DNA of 63,318 nt, filler included, from Jimgerdemannia flammicorona (lineage: Eukaryota), in the NCBI GenBank assembly GCA_003990765.1. It is 3 parts of 3 records of this genome, joined end to end, with 100 filler letters (N's around TTAATTAATTAA, not from the genome) between each part and the next. Parts side by side here need not be neighbours in the genome. Positions count along the whole stretch, not along the records: positions 21,149 to 42,194 come from RBNJ01001545.1; 2 more parts are not named here. One strand, 5' to 3'. A program made the translations under genes and the position numbers. Positions 27,450-39,173 of the stretch are shown piece after piece. Every line of letters begins with the position of its first letter. Position 1 is the first letter of the stretch. The notes beneath the pieces were generated by a model. That model saw only the letters and a program-made list of their open reading frames with translations, made no database searches and was not told where the DNA came from.

Positions 27450-28278
27450 TGTAATAACTCTCACTTCTACCCCTCTCTTATCCTTTGGATAATTAGAGAA
27501 GTGGACTATTACTTAGGGACTTAGTACACAATATGTACCAAGAAGCCTTCAGTTTGAGGAAGCACTCACTTATAAGTAGTTGTAGTGGCAGTGCCTTCTG
27601 TTTCAAAGGTCTTTCTCTGGTTTGTCTTCTGTTTCAAAGGTCTTTCTCTGGTGCCCTATTTCAAGGGTCTTGTTCCTTACTGTGCACAGACTGAATTCAC
27701 CTTGAAATTCAGGTTCAATGGGTTTACTTAAGTCTTTGTGATTTGTATACCAGTCTCAGTTCTGGCAGAAGTTAGCTAGGCTTCTGGAGTTTAGTCAGAA
27801 ACACTAAAGTTACTTAGATGTCATTACTAAGACTCAGGGGAATGTGTGTGTGTGGGGGGGGACTTGATTCTTATATCAAGAACTGAACTAAAACTGCTTT
27901 ATTTCAGATGGAAACTAGAGAGTATTTATACAAGTTGGTCTGCAATTTCTGACTAAGTATGAGTGACTAATTTGGTAACTATAATGAGGTTTGTGATTGT
28001 GACCTTTGTCAGGTGGTTTTTGGTAAAGAATAACTTTGTGATCAGGATCTCAATTACTAGACAATAATCAGCAGCTGTAGCAACAGTTGCAGTAGTGCCA
28101 ATTGTTGGGAATAAGCTGGATATCGTTTTTCACATCATTTTTGCATTGTTCAATCATTCATTATTCATTATTCATATGCTATGCTCGATCGTATAATGAT
28201 GTCATCCCTCACTGGGTCACATGATTGCTCATCGCTCATCGCATCCCATCTGTTCACTTGCTCATTCATTCTATTACA
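27450..28278 (-). repeat. Gypsy-2 3' LTR (829 bp)
   Basis: Direct repeat of 35843-36733, with 2 copies of a 31-bp unit. Confidence 0.95.
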
Positions 28279-28289
28279 TCCTTCCCCCC

Positions 28290-29750
28290 TTAGAAATCAA
28301 CGTCCTCATTGATTGAGAAATTGGGAACCAGGGGAGAGAAAGGTGGGGAATCCTGCTCAGGGTTGTTGGCATCTTCTTCAGTAGCAGGAAGGGTGGTGGT
28401 TGCTGATGGCTTGCTGTTCAGGATAGAGAAGTCAATGAGGTCTGCAAATGGTTCTTGTATTGGGATAGGTGCTGGTATAGGGGTTCTCCATCTGATGCAG
28501 TTGGGGCCATCCAAGTAGGGTTCTTGGTCCTCATGCCTGGGAATATCCATTCAGATGGGCAGTCCTTCAAAGAGGTCAGAGAGGTCTTGGAGCCATTGGT
28601 CAGAGTTATCATTTAGGAGGGGGCTCCAGTAGGGTTTGCAGTCAGTGGACTTGAGGGTGATCCAGGAGTTAGCTTCTTGAGCTACCTTGATCTCTAGTTC
28701 ATCAATCTTGAAGAAAGAGAGGTTCTGGAAATCCTTCAGTTGGATATAGTTGAGGTTGGGGATTGCAAAGGGTGCATGGCACATAATTTGATGGACCTTC
28801 TTGGCAAGTCTTTGCTCATTTCTGTCCAGGTGGGTCCAATCAGAGACTTGGTCCATGGGCAGGTTCTTTGCCTGTTGGAGGAGTTGATGGCGAATCTCGT
28901 ATTCATGCCAGATCTCTAGATAGCTGGTGGCAAGGTAGGCTCTTTCGATGACTTCATGGCAGTTGAGGACATAATGTCCTAGGTTCTGACTGGAGAGGTT
29001 AAGGGCCTCTGAGCAGTGGTTCCTTCCTTGGATAGAAACCTGGATGTGTCCAAAGAGGCAGTCAACCTGGCTTGGGAGAGGCCAACTATAGCAGGCAGTT
29101 TGGCAGTAGGTAGCTTGGTTGTGGGTAGCGGGCATTCTTGTCTTATCTTTTCTTTGTAAGGAGAGGGAGATGAGAGTTATGGGGTATTCTTGCCTAGGGT
29201 ATTTATACTTATTCACCCATCTGATGTAATCTTCCTTTGGTCATGCTTTCTGGCAAAATGTATGACCTGTTGCTGTAAGCAGGGCATGTGCTGGTCACAT
29301 GAGGAAATTCTGATTTCAAAGATATTGTCACTTATAGTTGTGGTTACACAGGGTTAACAGGTCTTGGTCCACTCATTTTTTGTCTGATTGGTGCATTTGC
29401 GAGGACTGGCCATCCTTGTCTAGGGTGAGGGCTCCCATTGTCATGGCTGGGGGTTCGAACCTCTTGGAAATAGACTTTTCTTGTAATCTGAGGCAATTCC
29501 TAGTAACAATATCTGTTACATGGATGGACTTAGACTGGTTTCGACAATGTCGGCCTTCCTAAGTTTCATATGAAGCATCCATCATCATCCAGCAGAGATG
29601 GCATGAAATGGAGTTGTTCAAATGTATTTTGCTGTACTATACTAGATTGTTCTTTTGCTCAGGTATCTTCTTGTTGGTTATCCATAGTGTTCCTTTTTCT
29701 GCAATGTTTGGTATTTTATGTTTTCAGATAAAATATATAGTTTCCTTCTG
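28290..29750 (-). pseudogene. Extra sense-strand ORF of Gypsy-2 between pol and PPT, unknown function
   Basis: ORFs 28551-29216 and 28290-28550 share a frame and are separated by one TGA. The frame extends upstream to ~29750 with only TGA/TAG stops. It ends immediately before the PPT. Confidence 0.7.
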
Positions 29751-29770
29751 CTCACTATATGCTCTAATAC

Positions 29771-32700
29771 TTAGAGCTGTAGTTCCTTTCTTTGCTGGGA
29801 GATGAGTGTTTCCATGTAGTCCTGGAGGGCTTCGCATGCATTCTTCAGGGCTTCTTCTTTTTCCCAGGTGGCGTCACGGGTGGGGTAACCCTTCCACTTG
29901 ATCAGGAAAAAACACTTGACTGTTTTGGAATATTTGCAGACCTTGTGGTCAAGTACTTCCTCAATTTCAAATTCCTCATGATCATTGATCCTAATTGGGG
30001 GTAGTGGTGGAACTATATACTCAGGGAATGGGTTCTCATAATAGTCCACCAATTGGCTGATATGGAATACTGGGTGTACTCTGATATTGTGAGGGAGTTG
30101 TAACTTGTAGTTGACTTCACTGATCTTTTCCACAATCTTGTATGGTCCAATTATTCTAGCATAGAGTTTCTTGGCTGGTTGTTGTGCTAGGGTGTCTGAG
30201 TAGAGGTGGTCTGTTCTAAGCATGACTATGTCACCAATATTGTAGGAGACTTCTCTTCGCTTCAAGTTCCCATACTTGGTCAAGTAGTCTTGTGCTTCTA
30301 TGAGAGCATCTCTTGTCATTCAGGTAAGGTCAGAAATGGTCTCAGCCAGATCTTGGGCTACTGGGACTGCTGATTTCACAGTAGTACTCAGGATCCTTGG
30401 GTGTTGACCGTGGTTCAGAAAAAATAGAGTCTTCTTTGTAGAGGTTTGCTGACTATTGTTATAGGCAAACTCAGCATGGGCTAGGTACTTGTCCCAATCA
30501 TTTTGCTTGTAACAGCAGAAGATGCTAAGCATCTGTTTGAGAGTTCTGTTAGTTCGCTAGGTTCGGCCGTCAGTCTGAAGGTGGTAGGCAGTAGAGAACT
30601 TCAGCTTGATTCTATGGAGAGAGAAAAATACCTTTCAGAAGTTGCTTGAAAACTTGGTATCTCAGTCAGATACAATAGTGCTAGGTATGCCATGTAGCCT
30701 GAATACTTAATTGAGGAAAATCTTGGCAATCTCAGGTACTGTAGTGGTAGTCTTAGTGAGTGCAAAATGGGCTTGTTTACTTAGGCAGTCCACGAATACC
30801 ATAATGGCATCCCATCCTGCCTTGGTCTTGGGGAGTTGGACAATGAAGTCCATTGCAATCTGGTCCCAGTTGTGACTCGGGATAGACAAGGGTTGCAGAA
30901 GTCCTACTAATAGCTTGTTACCACTTTTGAACCTTTGACACATCTCACATGAGGCCACAAAGTCTTTGATGTCCTTGGTCATCTTTAGCTAGTAGAACTC
31001 TCTTGAGAGGAGGTTGTAGGTCTTTTCAAAACCAAAGTATCCTGTTGCAGGAGTATTATAGAGTTCCTGCATGATCTTAAGTCACAGAGTATCATTGTTG
31101 AGTACAACCACTCTGTCATGGTCTCTGTAGATAAGTCCATCATGATAGGTGAATCTCTTGGCTATTTGCCTCATGGGTTCTGGAACCTCAGCCTCTGGGT
31201 CTTGGCAGAATTGAAGAAATTTCATCAGGGGACTGTCTTGCTGGTAGCCTTCCTTGATCATCTAGGTGAGGTCTCCAATTATCTCAACCATGAAGACAAG
31301 TTCATCTTCCATATACCTAGAGAAACCATCAGCCACATGGTTGGTTTTGCCTGGGATATACTTGATTTCCATATCAAAGTTGGCAATGATTTCCATCCAG
31401 CAGACTTGTCTGTGGGTCAGCATGGGCTGTGTATGTATATACCACAATACATAATTATCAGTGTAGGCCACAAATGGCTATCCTAGAAGAAAATGGCGCC
31501 ATTCCTGAAGTACAGTGACAATAGCCAGAAGTTCCTTCTCATGAGTGGTATACTGGGTCTCAGCTGGCTTGAGCTTTTGGGAAAGGTAGGCTACTGGGTG
31601 GTCTTCTTGGCTGAGTACTGCTCTAATAGCAATGTCAGAGACATCTGTGGTCAGAGTGAATGGTCTGGTAGGGTCAGGTGCAATTAGCACTGGGGCCTCA
31701 GTAAGGAGTCTCTTGAGATAGTCCATAGCCAGGGTACATTTGGGGGTCCATTTGGTTTTGATGTTCACTCCTTTGTGAGCCAGGCTAGTCAATGGAGCTG
31801 CAATAGCAGAGTATCCTTAGATAAACCTTCAGTAATAACCAGCAATACCCAGAAAGCGCTGGAGTAGCTTGAGGGTAGTAGGGATAGGGATATCCCTAAG
31901 GGCTGATACCTTTTGGAGGTCCACATTGATACCTTCAGCAGAGATGATGTGTTCTAAGTACTCGATCTGGTCTTGATAGAACTTACACTTGCTCATCTTG
32001 GCATAGAGCTGGTGTTCTCGCAGGAGGGTCAGTACTTGTCTGAGGTGAGTGTAGTGTAACTCTACTCTTTCACTGTAGATTAGTATATTGTCAATATACA
32101 CAAGGACACAGATGTTGAGGAGTGGTCCAAAAATATCATTCATCAGATACTGGAATGTTGCTAGTGTATTGGTCAATCCAAAAGGCATGACTCGGAACTG
32201 GTAGTGTCCAAACCATGTTCGGAAAGCTGTCTTCTCAATGTCCTTCTCATCAATGAGAAACTGGTGGTAGCCATTTCGCAAATCCAGTAGAGAAAAGGTC
32301 TTGGCCATGAAGATTTGGTATAGCAACTCGTCAATCCTAGGTAAGGTATACCATTTCTTGATGGTGATCTTGTTGAGGGCTCTGTAGTCAATACACATTT
32401 GCAGAGAGCCATCCTTCTTCTTGACAAATAGAATGAGGGCTCCAGATGGAGAGCAGCTGGGTTCAATATATCCTTGGGCCAGTAGTTTTGTCAATTTATC
32501 CTTGAGGGTCTTGAGCTCAGGTTGGGCCAGTTGGTAGATACTCTTGTATGGGGGTTCAGATCCTGGAATAAGATCAATTCCATGTTGGATTTGGCACTTA
32601 GGTGGAAGTCCTTGGGGATCTTGGAATACATCTTGGAATTCTTCAAACAGTTCTTAAGCTTCTGTTGGGATTGGGCTACTTATAGCTTCAGTGACTTCTT

Positions 32701-33125
32701 GTACCATACAAATAAAGTAGATATTTCCCTTTTTTCGAGAGAGTCTCTTCATTTGAATGGTAGAGATGATTTCGATTCCTTGGTGGTTGGTACCTTCCTG
32801 GGGTGTCAGGGTGATCTTTCTGCCTTCATGGGTCAGGTTAACCTTGTTGGTTCTCCAGTTGATGTCTGGGTTGTGCTGGGTCAACCAGGCTTTTCCTAAG
32901 ATAATATTTTGTCCTGGGAGGTCTACAATGCTGAAGTCCAACTTCTCTTGATATTTGCCAATCTTGAGCAAAAGATCTTTGCAGATCTTGGTCAATGGTG
33001 CTGTTTATTCATCACCAAAGGTAACACTTCTTTTCTCAGTGGTTGGTCTGCTTTGGGCTCCAATTCTCTTGGCGGTCTTGGTGCTGATATAGTTTCCAGT
33101 AGCACCACCATCAAGCAAGACATTG
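29771..33125 (-). pseudogene. Gypsy-2 pol: protease, RT, RNase H, integrase, chromodomain
   Basis: ORF fragments 32654-32995, 31829-32494, 31478-31792, 30707-30982, 30320-30532 and 29771-30319 carry canonical motifs. Confidence 0.93.
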
Positions 33126-33487
33126 ACATTCTATCTGTGAACTTGGCCTGTGAACTTGATGCAACTGTCCTCTTTCTTAATGGAATTGAGCTCTTCATCT
33201 TCATTGTTGTCCCAATTGCTATCAGTCTCCTCGAAGTCAGTTTCTCCCCATCCTTCACAAGGAGGGATGTCTTGTTTGGGTTCCTCAGTCTGTTGAGCTT
33301 GGCGTTTCTCAGATTGAATTTTGAAAACTTTGGAGAGGCATACATGGCATTCACCAATATGTTCCATGCAGTACATTTGAATGGAATGAGGGCATTGTCC
33401 ACATGGTGCATAACTATCTGCAATTCTCTTGTACCAGTTTTCATCATCTTCCTTCATGGTAGTGACCTTTGGACTGGGGGGTTTGTT

Positions 33488-33903
33488 GGTTGATCCAAAC
33501 CCTTTCTTGCCATGGTCTGTCTGGGAAAATTCAGGGACTTCTTCAATAGTGAGATCTTGATGGATTTCTTCAATGATTGCTTGGGCAATTCTTTGGCCTG
33601 TTTTGACTTCAAATGATGTGTCTCCAAAATTTCACAAGATGATATGGATTTCACTAGTAAATCCTTGGTCAACTACTCCTCCTCCTAGCCCAATGTTGAA
33701 CTCTTTGGCTAGGCTGCTTCATTCAGCAAGGCAGATGTATGTACCTTTGGGAGCTTGCATTGCAATCCCTGTTTGCACTGTAGCATTGGTACTTGGTGGA
33801 ATAGTGAGGTCTTGGCTGCTGTAGAGATCATATCCAGCATCAGTTGGGTGGGCCTTAGTGGGGATGGTAGCCTTGAACCATATCTTCTGTACTTTGATGA
33901 CAT
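33488..33903 (-). pseudogene. Gypsy-2 dUTPase
   Basis: AGYDLYS, TGIAMQAP, E*SSLA (RSSLA), GGVVDQGFTSEI, RIAQAI, HGKKGFGST. Confidence 0.92.
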
Positions 33904-33949
33904 TTTTGGAGTTTTTCTTTCCTGAACCTTCTCCAATGACAATAATGTT

Positions 33950-35820
33950 CTGGTTACTGGGTTCGCCTGTTCTGTTCTTCTTCTCAGGGCATCTGAATGA
34001 GATGTGTCCTGCCTTCTTGCAGATGGAGCACAATCCTTTTTCACAGAGCTGCTTCTTTTCATCCTTGGTGGGAGGTCTGGGTCCTCTGGGATTTCGCTGG
34101 TTCCTTTGATCATTCCATTGATCATATCTTTGGTCATTCCTTTGATCATTTCTCCTGGTAGGATTCCTCCTATCTTGGTTATCCTTCTTGTGTTCTTGAT
34201 TTTATGGAGCTTGTGCAGCAAGGATTTTGCATGCTCTTCTTTGTACTTGGACAAAGCATCATGAGTAGTAGGGACATCCTTGGGGAAGACCTTGTTCCCT
34301 GATCTTCTGGGTGAGCCAGTCTGGTAGGGCTACAAAGAGATAGTTGGCTCTAGTACCATTGATGGCCAAATTGTTTTCCTGGTAGGTAAGTCCAACAATT
34401 TTGAGATAGGCATCCATTCTGGTGGCAAAGGTCTCTAGATTCTCTTTGCTATTCTTATAGAACTTCATCTGGGACAGTTTGTTCCAAGTTTCTTGCATGT
34501 AGGCCACATTTTGGAATTTGGTCAGTAGCAAGGCCTTGAGTCCTGGGCCTGCTTCATAGTCATCCCAACCTGGTCTATTGTTGGCAGATACTTGTCTAAT
34601 GACTTGGGGGCAGGCTTCCCAGGTTACTGGATATTGTTCCAGAGTGTGCCAGAATTCGGCTGCTGTTCCTGTGAAGAATGTGGCTACTGTTTCCACTTGT
34701 GCTGCTGATGTGGCAAACAGTTGTTGAAGGGTGCTATTCTAGTTGTTTGTGAGCATTCCTATGGGCACTCGGTTGTCATTCCATTGGTTTGCTCGGTAGC
34801 CTGTGTCAACTGCATTGATAAAGTTTTCAATGTTGCTGTTTTTTTTACTAAATGTTGGAATTCGCAGAGTCTTGGTTGGTTTGTTCTGTTCAGCAATCTG
34901 TCCTACTATCTCTGCTGGTACTGCTAGCTGGGTAGTCAGTGCTGTAATATTGGCATCTATCATTGTGTTGACTATTGGTGGTGGGCCTGTTGGGATAGAT
35001 TCTTCTGAAGATTGTTCTGCTTAGTGGGATTGTGGTGCTGTATGACTTGGAGTTACTTGATTCCCGGATATTAAGTCAAAGAGTCCTGTGAGAGAGGGTA
35101 GACCAAATCTCTGTATAGATGGCTGAGTTGGTTCTGGGGTCTGTTCTTCTTGACCTGTGGTTCCTTGGTAAATTCCTAGGCCTGCTGTTTCTTGTTGGCT
35201 ATCATCAGACTGGTAACCTGTAGAGTCTTTGTCTGACTCCCTTCTCTGATGAGATAGTATGTCCTCATACTGACTAGGTCCTTCAAAGAGGATATCAGTC
35301 TCTGGCTGAGTAGATGGGCCTGCTCCTTGTTCAGCAGTAGGGGATGGGTGGCTTGCTTGCTCATTTTTGTACCTAGTTATAGCAGAGGCATAGTATACAA
35401 CTAGTCTGTAGTAGAGGGAGGTCTTGGTAGGGGTATGATGATATCTGTCAGAGGCAATCCACTCAGCAGCTACTTCTCTTGCAGCAGAGGGTGTGATATA
35501 ATCTAGAAAATCCTGAGTGGCTGCAGCAGTAGATTCTGGGGTCCTAGTGGTTCCAATGTATTCTCGGAGGAGTTCGTAGAACCTACAGCAGCTGACAATA
35601 TTCCTAAGTCCTGGGTGGTATGTCCTAAAGGCCTGATATAGATCCTTGTAAGCCTGGTCAATTACAAGCTGGTGGGTCCTTGGGTCTGTGGTTTCCTGGT
35701 ACCACCTGGTCCTAATGGCAAGGGCTTCTTTGGAGATCTACAGTTGATTCTGAGGGTTACTCCTGTCCAAGGTTGGTCTTGTTCCAACTTCAGGAGTGTG
35801 TTCTTTGGTGCCTTTTTGGC
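33950..35820 (-). pseudogene. Gypsy-2 gag with long N-terminal extension
   Basis: MIDANITALTTQLA at 34963, capsid-like ORF 34259-34696, zinc knuckle at ~34030-33990. The frame stays open upstream to the PBS apart from isolated TAG/TAA stops. Confidence 0.8.
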
Positions 35821-35842
35821 TGGTAATCCACTGCTATCAAGT

Positions 35843-36733
35843 TGTAATAACTCTCACTTCTACTCCTCTCTTATCCTTTGGATAATTAGGGAAGTGGACT
35901 ATTACTTAGGGACTTAGTATACAATGTATACCAAGAAGCCTTCAGTTTGAGGAAGCACTCACTTATAAGTAGTTGTAGCAGCAGTGCCTTCTGTTTCAAA
36001 CGTCTTTCTCTGGTTTGCCTTCTGTTTCAAAGTTCTTTCTCTGGTTTGTCTTCTGTTTCAAAGGTCTTTCTCTGGTTTGCCTTCTGTTTCAAAGGTCTTT
36101 CTCTAGTGCCCTATTTCGAGGGTCTTGTTCCTTGCTGTGCACAGACTGAATTCACCTTGGAATTCAGGTTCAATGGATTTACTTAAGTCTTTGTGATTTG
36201 TATACCAGTCTCAGTTTTGGCAGAAGTTAGCTAGGCTTCTGGAGTTTAGTCAGAAACACTAGACTCACTTAGATGTCATTACTAAGACTCAGGGGAATGT
36301 GTGTATGTGGGGGGGAACTTGATTCTTATATCAAGGACTGAACTAAAACTACTTTATTTCAGATGGAAACTGGGGGGTATTTATACAAGTTGGTCTGCAA
36401 TTTCTGACTAAGTATGAGTGACTAATTTGGTAACTATAATGAGGTTTGTGATCATGACCTTTGTTAAGTGGTTTTTGGTAAAGAATAACTTTGTGATCAG
36501 GACCTCAATTACTAGGCAATGATCAGTAGCTGTGGCAACAGTTGCTGTAGTGCTGATTATTGGGGATAAGCTGGATATTGTTTTTCACATCATTTTCACA
36601 TCATTCGTTCATTTGTCATTCATTATTCATATGCCATGCTCAATTGTATGATGATGTCATTGCTTGCCAGGTTACATGATCACTCATCACTCATCGCATC
36701 CAATTTGTTCACTTGCTCATTCATTCTATTACA
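35843..36733 (-). repeat. Gypsy-2 5' LTR (891 bp)
   Basis: Direct repeat of 27450-28278, with 4 copies of the 31-bp unit. Adjacent to the PBS at ~35828-35839. Confidence 0.95.
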
Positions 36734-37030
36734 CAGGGGAGCAAACTCAGAACCAGTGTCAAAGCAAACAGAAGATATGTGGAAAAGTATGTATAAGGGA
36801 GATGAACAAAGAACATAACCAAAAATGCATCAGCCATTTATTGCTACATAAAAATGTAGTCCTTATATACAAAATATGATATCCCAAAAGGGAGGATGCA
36901 TCACAACTTGGGGTGAACTGAATTAGGAATCACATGATCACCAGAGATAAGCAGAGATAAAGAGAGAGCCAATCCCAGTTACAGGATAAAAATCACAAAC
37001 AAACACAAACAAAACAAATCCAAATCAAGA

Positions 37031-37207
37031 TTATAAAACATCTGCAGACCCTGGAGGGGTGAGCATGAGCAAGGGGTGAGGCTGAAATGGAGTAAGCTGC
37101 AGTGAGCCCGAGTGAAGCAAGGGACTGAAGACAGCAGAGGGGAGTGGAGTAAGGCTGAGCCCCCGGAGCGAGTGCAAGACCCCAGAGGGGATAAGGATGT
37201 TTTTTAA
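37031..37207. repeat. 177-bp TIR-bounded hairpin cassette, copy A (part of PLE 3' pLTR)
   Basis: TTATAAAACATC...GATGTTTTTTAA, colinear with 40641-40817. Confidence 0.85.
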
Positions 37208-37299
37208 TCCTCTCCAGCAGAGCTGGAGGTACCAGAAGGTGACAAAAATGCAAAATGAGAGTGATGGATTAAAGAAGAAACAGAAGGAAGATGCAAACA

Positions 37300-39100
37300 A
37301 GCAATCAGAGGGCATTGAGAAAGAGATGAAAGTCCATGGTGGGAAAGAGAAGAGCACAGGATGGTATCAGGGCATTGAGTGGCCTAGCAAGCATGATCAA
37401 ATGGTATGATGAGAATTGGGGTGGGAAAGAAGAGGGGGTATGGAGAGGGTAAGGGGGGAGAGAGGGAAGAGAGGGGGGGTAAAGAGGAGAGAGAAGGGAA
37501 GAGTGAACAACAGACCATTCAATAAAAGCAAGCAGGTCACAAATGATAGAAATTGGGAATGCATAACAATGGACCATGAAGTTGCTGAGAACCTGAACAG
37601 CAGACACCCAATTGGAGTAACAGGAGCAGCATAATACAAGATGACAAGCCTTACCATGAACATATTCAAGAAGAGTGCAATGAGAATGGTTAGACAAGAA
37701 GTCAGGGAACTGTTTGGAACATGGAAAATGAGAATAAACAATAGTTCGAAAGAGAGAATGAGAAATGGAAAGGTCCAAAAAGAGAATACTAGTTGTACCT
37801 CACACTCAGGTAATAGAGTAGTGGGGAGGGTAGATGCTCAGAAACACACTAGGGATATCGATGCCAGCAATAGCAAAGACAATAAAGTCATTGATGTATT
37901 GGTAAAGAAGATATCCCCAGCCCGGAATGCAATAGAAAGAGGTGAAGAGAGATCACATATTGCATGAAGTTCATGGGCCAGGCCAATGAGGTTGGCAAGG
38001 ATGGGGGTACAATTCGTTCCCATGGCAATACCAGAGGTCTGGTGAAACAAGCCAAGGACTGACTCAAAATAATTAGAGCCACAGATAAGGAGCGTAAGCT
38101 CAACAATGGAAGCCAATGAGACTGAGGAATCCAAAGGAAAAATAATAGAACCCAGGAAATGAAGGCAATCATCGATCTCATCAAAACAAATAGTAGTATA
38201 GAAGGAGGAAAAATCACCAGAGGTCAAATGGGAAAAATGGTGAACAGGTACAATGGTGGAGCAGAGAAGGGCAAGCTCCTGAGTATCATAAAGAATAGTA
38301 TACTCAGGCCCAAGACAGTGTTGTAGAAGAGCCATCTAGAAGAGGAAGAAGCAGGATAACTACTTCAAAATCTTGGTGATAGGGGAACTATAAGCAGCTA
38401 TAATGGGACATCAAGCTAAAGTAGGCTTGTGAACTTTAGGAAGGGTATAGAAAACTGGAAGACAAATGTCCGGGGAGGACAAAGAGTCCTGGAAGAAGTT
38501 AAAAACAGAGTTTGTGAATAGAGAATCCGAAAGCAATCTGGCATGGGCCAGAGAAACCCAAAGAAGAGTGAGAATCTCATCTAATCCAAGAGCACTAGGT
38601 TCATAAGCCATGGCTCGAAGGAGAGCAGAAAGGCCATCAAGGTAGAGCAACTTAGAAATAAGCATAAAACCTTGATTCTTATCAGTGACTGTGAGCAAAT
38701 GCATAGGCAATTGCTTGACCAATTTAAGCATGGTATGTATGGCATGGTCCAAAACTAAGCAAGAGCGAGTGCATCCAGGAATAGACAGTGAGCAAGCCAT
38801 GTCGAGGAATATGTAGTATGAAGAGACATTGGAAGGTGGGATCCAATCACTGGGAACAAAATAGCAAGAGGGAATCTCACCATAATCTTTAAAGAAGATG
38901 GTAAGGTCAAGAGTATGACGAAAATGTGTGAGACAAGCTGGATCAGTGGAGGAAAATTGTGAGGGAGTTACAGGAAAAATGAAGCAAGGACCCAAGGATG
39001 AGGCAAAGACTTGAAGGGGAGACAAAAGTGTTCGAAGAGAAGAATAAACCCAAAAGTTCAGGATAAGCAACTGGGAAAGATGAAGGGAGGACAACATGAG
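37300..39100 (-). pseudogene. Penelope-type reverse transcriptase (no endonuclease)
   Basis: SSLGPCFIFP, TDKNQGFMLI, FYTLPKVHKP..*CPII, SGDFSSFYTTI, FHQTSGIAMGTNCTPILANL, YQYINDF (CpG-decayed YRYIDDF), and a thumb region DLSI..RTIVY..SNHS. Confidence 0.88.
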
Positions 39101-39173
39101 GAACTAACCAGAAGCGATGACAGAATCTGAGAAGGGACAGGGACACCAGGGGAGAACTATGCTAGGGGGAAGT

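Larger units (their letters stand above)
27450..36733 (-). mobile_element. Full-length Ty3/Gypsy chromovirus-type element 'Gypsy-2' (gag, CCHC, dUTPase, PR, RT, RH, IN, chromodomain, extra ORF)
   Basis: LTRs at 27450-28278 and 35843-36733 (TG..CA). TSD CAGGG at 27445-27449 and 36734-36738. PBS TGATAGCAGTGG and PPT AGGGGGAAGGA. Motifs: CSICKKAGHISFRC, LLDGGATGN, MCIDYRALN, YIDN, TTDVSD, MDFIVQLP, VHPVFHISQL, FLIKWKGYPTRDATWE. Confidence 0.96.

Noticed and set aside
28290..29216. True envelope gene
   Set aside because: No signal peptide, furin site or transmembrane anchor visible. Reported as an unknown extra ORF instead.
32909..33493. Long antisense ORFs over the Gypsy, LINE and PLE bodies (e.g. 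60854-61465, 39772-40158)
   Set aside because: Shadow frames caused by strong strand compositional bias. No motifs.
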